64,000 nt of DNA from Bugula neritina (lineage: Eukaryota; Animalia; Bryozoa): NCBI GenBank assembly GCA_964035545.1, contig OZ037766.1, forward strand, positions 3,162,001 to 3,226,000, given 5' to 3'. Below are positions 25,690-36,700 of the stretch, piece after piece. A program made the position numbers and the translations under genes. The notes under the pieces are model-generated. The model was not told the DNA's origin and ran no database searches. It worked only from the letters and a program-made list of their open reading frames with translations. Each line of letters starts with the position of its first letter. Positions within the stretch are counted from its first letter, which is position 1.

Positions 25690-27190
25690 ACGCTGATTAT
25701 TATTATGATTATGACTTACTTTTAGTCCCAAAGATATACTAATACTTAGGAAATTACTTATAGTTATTGTTATAACTTAAAATATGACTATCACTATGAT
25801 TATTAGTAAGTAAGGTATGAGCATCACTACGAGTATGATCATGATATTCATTATCATGATCATGATTATTGAATGAATGAATAACAAATGATACTGATAG
25901 CATGATTATTAATTATAACCGATGAGTCATGAGCAGCAGCATCAGTATTACTATTACGATAACTATTACTAGTATTATTACCATTAGTATACTGTAAAGG
26001 TAGCACTGTTACTGTTAGTGTTACTGTAAGTGTATGTCAAAATGTAACACCAACTGTGAGCTACTGTTAGTGTGGAACTGCAAGTGTAGGACTATCATCT
26101 ATAAATATAACTATCAGATAAGTGTGAGTATCAGTATGAGCATGACTATGATTAAAATTGTCACAGACTCAGACTCACGTTCAATCGACATTCACTCGGA
26201 CAGTGACTCTGAGTATCACTATTAGTATAAGCATGGCTGAAAGTCACTCACAATGACAATGGATATCACTATGACATATGACTAATGAGTATCAGCATGA
26301 CAGTGATTGCGAGTGTGACTCTCACTGTGAGCCGCACTCAAAAGTAACCCACAGCCCACTAACGATAAGTATAACAGAAATGCTAACTGTAATTCAAACT
26401 GTAAGACTAAGTGAGTAACACTAACTGTAACTGTACGTGTAAGCCATTGTAAAAGTCAAAGTGAATGTGTATAATCAGCTATAATATTCAATAGTACAAA
26501 GCATGCTATAAATATAATATACAAATACAATTATGAATAAGTAGGAAAAATTTTGACTTGATGAAAATGGTTCTATATCGTTCATTCCTTATAGCTTTTT
26601 ATTATTGCAGCTTAAAACAGCTATCGTGAGAATAAATGGTACTTAAATTAAATAGCAGTTAATGTTATTATAGTTGACCAAAAACTTGCTAGTATAAAAG
26701 TATACTGATACTCATACTGTAGCTGTGTAACTGTGAGTCACTTAGTAACTGAAAGTGTATAGCTTCAGCTTGGCCTTAAAAACAATCACTCAATGACAAT
26801 CACAATGACTATGACTATCACTATGACTATGAGTAATACTAATACTAATAGTAACACTAAATCTAACAGTAATACTAATACTAATAGTAATACTAATAGT
26901 AATACTAATGTAATAGACAACAGTAACTGTAACTGTAAGTGTAAGACTAAGTGTAACACTAAGACTAAGACTAAGAGTAAGTGACTAACATTAACAGGAA
27001 CACTCTAACAGCAACAGTAACACTAACGGTAATTATTTAGTTATCCTATTAGTTTTAGTTTTGCAATTTCAATTTGATCAATAATTTTGATCATTATCAC
27101 TATCATCTATGACTATCATCATGATATTCATATTGATTTAAATTATCATTATCATTATGATAACGATAAAAAATTGACGTGATATACTTA
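25690..27190. repeat. Degenerate 6-bp-periodic tract (consensus ~ANTRTN) in the probable first intron of the CCCH-RING gene
   Basis: For example, from 26005 actgtt actgtt agtgtt actgta agtgta, and from 26793 atgaca atcaca atgact atgact atcact...aatact aatagt aacact. It produces the spurious T/S/N/I/M-alternating ORFs. Confidence 0.8.
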
Positions 27191-27191
27191 C

Positions 27192-27773
27192 TTATAAATT
27201 ACAACTATGCGAATGGGCATTAGCCATGAAATTCAACCACAAGACTAAGTATGACCATGCTATTTTTCTTGTACAGAAAAATGTCAAATAATGAAATATT
27301 AATAATAGTATGTGAACAGCATAGCGATAGCCATGGTGAAATAATCAAGTCTAAATGCGTTTTATTTCACAATGTTTACGCAATATTTTCTGTTAGTTGT
27401 CAGCACACCTGTATAGTGTACGAGAAGATAACCCTGTTATTACAACTGTGTTTCAACATCCGTTTTACAACGAACCAGGTTTTTTTCATGCTGAACATTT
27501 TCAGTCCGTAATTTTTTACAGAAGCTGCGTACACCAACATGTTGTTGAAGATCGATATAACTATAAATATAAACGTGGTTTTACAGCAGAAATAAAAATT
27601 AGGTGCGTTCTAGTAGTTCCAATAGTTGTTTATCACATTTTAAAGTAATATTAATAACAATATAATTGTAATACGTAGTGCCGTAGACGGTAGTGGAGTA
27701 TCAAATTATCATAATCAGTATCATAATTATTTGGATTTGTTATCAGTATCATCGTCAGCAAACTAAAGTCCAG
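27192..27773. promoter_or_regulatory. Putative bidirectional promoter and 5' UTR region shared by the CCCH-RING gene and HBS1L
   Basis: A non-periodic segment between divergent genes. A minus-strand donor (gtaagt, 27191-27186) could pair with the acceptor gtttttag (~25340) just upstream of the CCCH-RING ATG. The HBS1L ATG is at 27774. The TSS positions are inferred. Confidence 0.5.
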
Positions 27774-30700
27774 ATGTCCAGACATCGTCATTTTGTCGAA
27801 ATAAATCAAAAATACAAAGGTGAGTTTGACATCTGAGTTAATGTTATGCTATTGTTTATTAAATTATAATAATTATTAATATTATTCTTATTGTTATGAT
27901 ATCCAATCACTCGCATCATCATGATCACGGTCACCATCAAATTGAAATTCAATGAAAATATCAATATAAAATACATCGACATGTAATTTTCGTTTCTAAT
28001 TAAATTTACTTTTAGTAAATTACTAGGTAATACTAATATTGTAACTGCTACGCCTACGGTGATGAATAAGATTAATACTAATGCTAATACTAGTGATACT
28101 AATAGTAATACTAATAGTATTTTCTATGTAAAATTGTTTTTCGGTTTAGTGATACTCATAGTCATAGTCATATTAATATTTTACTAATAACACTAACTGA
28201 TTACAGATACCTAAGTGATGTTGCTATGCCTATTGTCATTATGATTATCAATATCGGCTATGTTTGTGCTATGTCATTATCTACTAACATAGCAGTTTAG
28301 TTCACTTTCAGATTTGCGAGAGTTTTCTTTGCCCGTGGCCACTGTCATAGATGACATTCATAATGATAATCATTATTATTAAAACCATTGCGTTTGACAA
28401 TCAAAATGAATATTTATATCAAGACATTCACATTGTCATTGTCAACTGGGTTTGGCATTTAATGTGGCAAATGTTTTCTATGCTAGTGTCTGGAGATAAT
28501 TGCACTGCACCTGCATAATTTTTTATAAGATACTTGAATGTATTATAAGATAAAATTGTGTAATATTATAATTGTCAAATGATTTCCCTGTAGAATATGA
28601 TGATGACTATGTTGATGACGAAGATGACTTTGGATCAAGTTCCTACACAGATCAGTACGGAGTTTCTCCGAGTACAGGTAAATTTTAAAGCTCGAGAGCC
28701 TTAAATCTACACAATAACTTATGCTAAAATATGCCATATTAAGTAAAGTAAGCCTGCTACCTCACTGAACAAGAATGTTTAATTTGGTTGAATACTTGTT
28801 GCTTTGTCACATGAACAATGTATAACCTCTGTTGATTTCTATTGATAGCCGCGGAGTTTACTTTTAACCGAGATAGTCGTGGTAACGCCTCTTTTGCCGA
28901 CTATCTCAACAAAGAAGAAGAAAGAGGAATTCCGGAAGAGATTATAGAGGATGTTCTAGATGACTCTGGAAGCCTCCAGACTCTGTTGCTTTCAAACGAA
29001 GATGAAGGTAAAGTTCAGTCGTTTATTCTGCAAATTGCTCATGCTATATGATTAATCGAATTATTGCTTGGTTATATTTATGTTAATGTTTGAGCAGCTG
29101 TTGACTCCAAGTGTTAGTAGCGGTTCGTTTGAAGATTTACTATGCATATTTTGTAGTCAAATTGAGATCCTGCTTGGACGAGGTGCAAAATATTATCGGG
29201 GACACAATTCCTGAATTGATAGTAAAACGAACCATCATAAACAATAAGTTTGATTTAGAAAGATCTCTGGATGCACTGCTTACTGAACAAAGTAGTCATT
29301 CATGTAAGTGAACGATTTTATTCAATCACTCATTCACTCACTCACTTACTCCATTACTCACTCACTCAATTACTCACTCACTCACTTACTCACTCACTCA
29401 ATTACACACTCACTCTTTCAATCAATGATTCACTCACTAACTCAATTACTCACTCGCTCTTTTAATAAATCACTCACTAGTCACTAATAGACTAACTCAA
29501 TTACTCCCTCAGTAATTTTTCAACATACAGTGACAGCTCATATTCAGCCTAAGAACATTTGGTTTCAAAGCAACATATATTCATTATTTTCTTTCACTCA
29601 CTTCGCTTGGAGACTGTCAAAGAAATTTTGGTAATTTAAATAAATTGCGTGAGTGTAACAGCAATGTGAATTTTTAGAACTTGACAGTGTAAAATTTTTT
29701 TGATCCTGTGAAATTTTACTGTGCTATTTTGTTTTCATATGTGATCTACATTGTTTGGTGTTGAAACAGCACAGTTCAGGGTAAAATAATGTTCACCTGT
29801 TTGTAGCCAAGTCAACAGGAGACTCAGCTCGCTCCAGTTCCTTGTCAGGTAATTACTTGGTTACAGTATTTCTGTCATTGTCTACATTATTGTGGTATAA
29901 TAATCAACTGCTTGCTGTATTTTCACCTCTAAAGTTACTCTTTAAATATAATTTAATGTACTTATGAGTTGTCTTTCCCTTTGTTACTTTTTGTATCCTA
30001 CTCGATAATGATACATTCCACACAGTAAGGGTGCATCCAGTCTGTTAAAGCAATGGCTGCTAACAACAGTCTGCTGGTCTGGATTTTCTCTGCTCTTCTG
30101 CTGGATGTTTCTCTCTTCTATCAGGTGAAGTTGTCTGCTCCCCGCACATCGCGTCAGCTGCATCCGGTGGTAGACTCGTTGCAGCCGGATCTCCTTTTTT
30201 AAAAAGTTCTCCACATTTCGCTGGTGTCTTATCGTCAAGTAATATAAGCAAACTATCTAACTCAAAGTTGAACTCTCTCAGTTTGAGTAAATTGAGTCAA
30301 TCATCTGGAATCAAAAGCAAGTCAACGGTTAAACTATCTCTGGGAAATTTGAACAAGTTAGACTTAAGTACATCAACAGGTCCGAGTGTGTCATTGAAAC
30401 AAATGGCTGAAGGACATTTGAAGGGCAAGCAGATGACTAATCCTGGTGATGCATCTAAAAAGCCTCTCTTGTCACTCAGCCTGTCAAATTTAAAGCCCAA
30501 GTTCGGCTTACCTGCTGCCTTGAAAGTAAGAGACGGTGGGTCTGACAGACTGTCAAATGCTGAACCTATGGAGGTTAGCTTATCTACTGCTGTCAAAGAA
30601 ATTAGGGCTGTTGAACCACAGAAAACTCTAGTTAGTATTATGACTCACAATGAAATTATTGCTGATAAACTTATACCTATGACCATATCATCCTTTGCTA

Positions 30701-33700
30701 GAATACTGTGTAGTATGGTTAGTAAACAGACCACCCCTTCTCATTCATCAGACTGGAGTTATAAGAATCAACTATGTGGTGCTCGCCGAGCCCGTCGCTC
30801 ATCTGCTGCACATTTCAAACCTTATTTTACTATCAAATCTTTTGAATTTGATACTCCATCTCCTGACGACGTTGTGCTTGCTAAACAGCGAAGAGCTTTC
30901 ACCAGAGATGGCCGAAGTAAGACATCGGCGCAGTAACAAATACAGCTAAATTTGTATCGTATAAACCACAAGAGACTGAAACATATAGTTTTAATTGCTG
31001 ACAGCGTATTTTAATTATTATTTTTATTTGGTGGGTATTAATTGTTAACAATGGTAAATAATTTAAATATGTTAAAACTTTCAAATTATCATGTATGCGT
31101 AACATATTTTACTACATTTAAGGATAAATTTTCAAGAAAATATACACAATTGCATATATAAATTTATTGTCCAATATCCTTTATGTAATATATATATATA
31201 TGTTCTACTTGAATTAAAAATCAAGAAGATTTCTCTGTTTTTATTCTATGCTGCCAGGGTGCTGCTCAATAATGGTGCTGCTACACAGAGCGAATTTCTG
31301 CATGGATCACTAGCAAAAATATGTGCAGGTTTCATGCTGTCAAGACGTCAGCACCTTTAGATAAACCAAGTCTAAAGCTGATTAACAAGTGTAGATTGTG
31401 GCGGCCAAAAGTTTTGTCTAATATCTAAGCACATTGAAATTTAATACTCTTGCAACGGGTTTACTAGAATCTCTAATTTTTTAGAGAAAGGAAATTGATT
31501 TATCATGTTATAACCCCACTCGGTAGCTTAAGCCTGATAGCTTGCAGTTAGTGACGTTTTTGTGCAGTATTTCCTCTAGAGTCTTAGATTTGAGTCTACA
31601 CCATGATAATGATACGTTTGATGCTTAGATTTGATAGTTAGAATTGATCATTGTTTTTAATTATTCGAGTCTCCCTCCACTTTCCCAAGGAACCTCTTAG
31701 CCATTGCTCTCTACCTCAAGCTAAATTGTGTATCGGTTTGATGTTACTCCCACCCTTCCTCTGATGGTGTTGACATATGTGCAGTTCTAAAGAATTCTCA
31801 CAGTTTGATGTCGTTATCTGTAGGCCTTTGTCATTATAATTAATTACCCAAAATGCAATAACCAAAGGCTGACTTGCGTGTATGAGCAAATTTATGCAAC
31901 TTTAATTTTTATGTTTATTATTTACGCAAAATATATACTATTGTTTATGTTATGTTTGCATGGATATCAATGTCTTAGTTCTACATCAATGCGTCTGTAT
32001 TTTATTAATTGAAGTCTCTTTTTCCTGACTTTCACTTAGATATAATATTATGACACATAACTTTAATCTAGAACATTGTTTCATAAAGTTAGCAATGCCA
32101 GAGTTAGTTTTTCACAGTAGCAATGTGGCTTTACATGCAGCAATATAGTTTTGCCAAATTAATTTTAATAGTGAAGTTAAAAGCCATGTGCTGAAATTGA
32201 CATTAAAGTGTTTCTACTATTCCGGATGCCCTATAATTGAGATTTTTTCTTTTTCTGTTATCTGAATTCTCTCAACTTGATTTGAGAGTTTCTTTGCTTT
32301 ATAAGGAGTTGTCCCCACTCTTTCTACCCCGTCTGACAAGCTAAAACAGCCCCCTGTGAAGTCCACTCCTGCCAAGCCTATCAAGTCAGCGGCCGTGTTT
32401 CACATTGGTGATGCTACTAAATCGGATGACGAAGCAGAAGGCAGACTGTCCACCCCGGCTTCTCAACTTAGCCTCAAGTCAAATACTAATGGTTAGTCAA
32501 CATAACCTTGGACCTAAGGCTAATTATAAACTAATGTCATTTAAAGTCAATCACACGATTGTGAATCAATCAATAGTAAGTAATCGGATTCTTATTTTCA
32601 ATATTTGAGGAGAAGATTCAATTTCAGTCATGATGGTGAATTTATCATCAACTATTGCAGGTGCTACAACTCAAAATAAAAAGGAGATGAAAACTCCGGT
32701 TAGTGCCCAACTAAAGGGTATTAAAAGTTTAATAGAGGAGGAGAGTGCAAGGAGTCCCTCGCTGAGTCGAAGCTCATCAAAGTACACAGGCTTTCAATAT
32801 TTAGATTCCCACCTAATATGATAAGTCACTTGCTTGTATTATAGATACAATATACAGTAGGTGATGTCATGTATTATAGATACAATATACAGTAGGTGAT
32901 GTCATGTATTATAAATACAATATGCAGTAGGTGATGTTATGTGTTATAGTTACAATACGAGTAATATTATGTGATGTTGCAGATCTAAACTCGAAAGACT
33001 CGATGCAGCCGTTGAGTATGAAAAGAGAACCTCTGAAGGAAAAGATCTCATTAATCTGGTAGTCATTGGTAAGTTATTGCTAATATTGACCAATCACTGT
33101 TAGCTAACCTTAAACATGAACCAATCACTGTTAGCCAACCTTAAACATTAACCAATCACTGTTAGCTAGCCTTAAAGTTGACCAATCACTGTTAGCTATA
33201 GATATTGGCTAATCATGTTATTTTAACCAATTTCATCGCAACTAATCTAGCCAATCACTGTAACCATTTACCACTAAGCGGTCAATATTTTATATGTACT
33301 TGTAGGATTTATTAATTTTAAAAATATTTTCAGAACTGCAGCTGCTGATTTTCTATAAATAACTATTCACCAAATGATTTGTTGTTATATCCCTCATGTT
33401 TACCAAATTTTGATATGATAGAAGCACATACCAACACACATTTACAGAAGACAATACAATCGTATGATAGTAAACCAAAGTGGTTTTCCAGTTACTTATC
33501 ATGAAAGGCAATTTATTGTTAATTCTTTGGTATGCAACTACCTCCTAGACATACCTCTGTAAAGCTATATAAAGCTAAAGACTGGTTTTTTCTACTAACT
33601 ACAGAATTCAGCCATGTTGCAATTCCCAACAATATTATACATTTAGATTACCTGCATTTTATTATCTGTGTTTTCCCTAAACCTACATGTATGTACAATG

Positions 33701-36700
33701 TGTTTCTGCCAACACCATAACTGACTGCCGTGCAGTGTTGACACAATGACTTCTTCAGTCACTGCTCATTCTTATGTATAAACAATTGATTGATCTGTCC
33801 TTCAGGTCATGTTGATGCCGGTAAAAGCACTCTCATGGGTCACGTTCTTTATCAACTAGGAGTTGTCTCTCAACGTCAAATGCACAGGTTTGCTATACTC
33901 CATATTGAATACAAGACCAAACATTCGATAAATATGATTCTCACAATAACTGTGTTATAAATGTTAACATGTTTGCAGAAATTTTATGAAAGCACAAAAT
34001 AAATTATTAGAAAATGTTTTGGGTACAACTAACCCATGTTACCCTATCCTATTTCTGTATCTAGCTCTTGTATAGGTATTGTATTTACACATACTTGTGT
34101 TTCCATATAGTTGTGTGAGTAACAATTAGTCATTTCATAGACTGAAAACCTTCCTATTTATTTCTCTGCAGATACGAGATGGACAGTAAGAAGCTGGGCA
34201 AAGCCTCGTTTATGTATGCCTGGGTTCTCGATGAAACTGAAGAAGAGCGAAGTCGGGGCGTCACCATGGACGTAGCCCAAACTAGATTTGAAACGGAAAA
34301 ACTTATAATTAACTTGTTGGATGCTCCTGGCCACAAGGACTTCATACCAAACATGATTACAGGTTAGTGCATGTGCACCTGGGCTATCTGTGACATTTTA
34401 TATATTATTTTCTATAATTTAAAAGCGTAATAAAATATCCATCAAAAAGCTAATTCTTTAGTCATAGCATAATATAGTATAATATAACATAACATAATAT
34501 AACATAACATAATATAGTATATAACATAACATAATATAGTATATAACATAATATAATATCTGACTCTATTTTCTTGTTTCATCTGATGTGCCCTAAAGAT
34601 GTTTGTTTAATTTTACGACCAACAGCTCGGTTTTGCTAAAAGCTTTGATATACTTGTTGCAATAATTATCATCTTAAAACTATGAGTTCAATTAAAGGCA
34701 TTAAACAATAAAGTGTGTTTATCCTGTTAACAAATTTACTCACAGGTGCTGCTCAAGCTGACTGCGCACTGCTGGTGGTGAATGCGACGAGTGGCGAGTT
34801 TGAGACTGGCTTTGACATGGGCGGTCAGACTAGGGAACACACTCTACTAATTAGGTCACTGGGTAAGTCTCACACCAGTCTATGAGTCATACATAGTCAG
34901 GTTATTTGTAATTCCATTAAAGCACATGGAAGTTTATAGTCATCATCCCCGTGAAAACCCCTGATAGAAAAAAATTGTTAAAGCAGGCTAAGGACTTATT
35001 TATGTGTGGCACAAGGACAATTATGACTGGATGCTTTTTCTGACATCACCAGTGGTCTTTACTGGGGATAGAAGCCATGACTTTGTGTTTACTAAGCCAG
35101 CGTCTAACCCCTAGACCACGGCTTCTCATTTTGAAATAGCCTTTTCTAAATATGTCTGCCACCAGGATTAAGAAAAACCAGAATGATTTGATTATCAGAT
35201 GGATGTGCTGTATTTAGTATTTGGAGTCGTTCCCTCACTGCTAGCGTCTATTTCTGTTCCAGGTGTATCACAGCTGGTGGTGGCTATAAATAAAATGGAT
35301 ACAGTTAACTGGAGTCAGCAGAGGTTCTTAGAGATAGCCAATAAGCTGTCTACATTCCTGCGTCAGGCCGGGTTCAAGGACGGGGATGTCAGCTTCATTC
35401 CTTGCAGTGGACTAAATGGCGTGAATCTCGTGAAGCCAGCCACCGACATCCCTGAGTTCAGCTGGTACACCAAGACCCCTCTCATCACTGAAATAGGTCA
35501 GTTCCATTCATGTCAAGGTCATCTTGTGCAAAGACCAAATTATTTTATTATTGTTCTTCTGTTTAGCTGTGGAATTAAGAAAAACCCACTGTCCTTACTT
35601 GTCACACTCACAGCTGTAATGCTAGAATTTACTATCAGTTATATAGTCATAGTCATAATTTTCAAGATTAATACTTGCATCTTACTTTGTGGGTGTGTAT
35701 CTACAGAAAACTTTCGCCCACCGGTGAGGCTGGTGCAGAAGCCCCTGCGTATGTGTGTGCAAGACATCTTCAAGGGTCAAGGCAGCTTCTCAGTGGCTGG
35801 TCGCATGGAGGCCGGAGACATACAGAACGGGGACAAGGTGCTGGTGATGCCGTGCGGAGAGTCAGCCGCTGTCAAAGGTAGTCACGTCAACCAATAGCAT
35901 CTTCTCAGTCATGTTTTCATGGCATCGCATTGTGTATTTCAGTTATAGATTTCACAGTCTTATATATAGAAATTTAGTATGGAAAGGAATTTCAAATTTT
36001 GCTTTTCATGATCTTTCCCCACATAAAAATTTTGTATATTAGTAAAAATCATGGAACTTCTTTTACTTTGTTTCAAAAACTCTATCCAAGACAAAATAAT
36101 AAATGCATTAGTAAAGGTTGAATGATAATTTTTAAGTATGTTATTTTCCTCTACCAAGTCCTTTGACATTAAATAATATTCAATTGAGCTGTTGAACACT
36201 TAGATGCGCATACAGTTCAACAGTTCAACAGTTGGGTTAAACTGTTGAACTGTTATGTGAATAATACATGGTTTTAGAATATACAAACGCTGTGCTTTTT
36301 CTAATCAGTAAGTTAGGGACTTCCCAGGAATGAAAAATGGTGTCAGCCTTCGAAAGAGAATCTGGCGAAATTTCTCTAATTGATTGGCTTTGACAAGTGC
36401 TCTTTTATATAACCCAGTTTTTATGGAAATAGTTATTTAGCTGTAGTCTCTATGGTAACGATTGTTTATATTTTCTCTAGGAATACTCATTGATGAGTTA
36501 CCTGCGAAGATTGGCTTTGCTGGTGATTATATAACCCTGCAGCTGATTGGTGTAGACATACAGAAAGTATATGTAGGTCAGTATTATGTAACCCTGCAGC
36601 TGATTGGTTTATACATACAGAAAGTGTCAGTAGTAGCACAAAACTGTATCTTCACAAAACTTTAAAATATCCCTCGGCAGTTTTTGAAAATGCAGTGCTT

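Noticed and set aside
26034-26984. Thr/Ser/Asn-rich ORFs resembling antifreeze or mucin-like proteins
   Set aside because: By-products of the hexamer-periodic tract, with frequent stops nearby and no splice support.
36205-36255. Short hairpin acagttcaacagtt...aactgttgaactgt as a miRNA precursor
   Set aside because: The stem is short and built from a 7-bp repeat. It is more likely a MITE remnant, and nothing supports an RNA gene.
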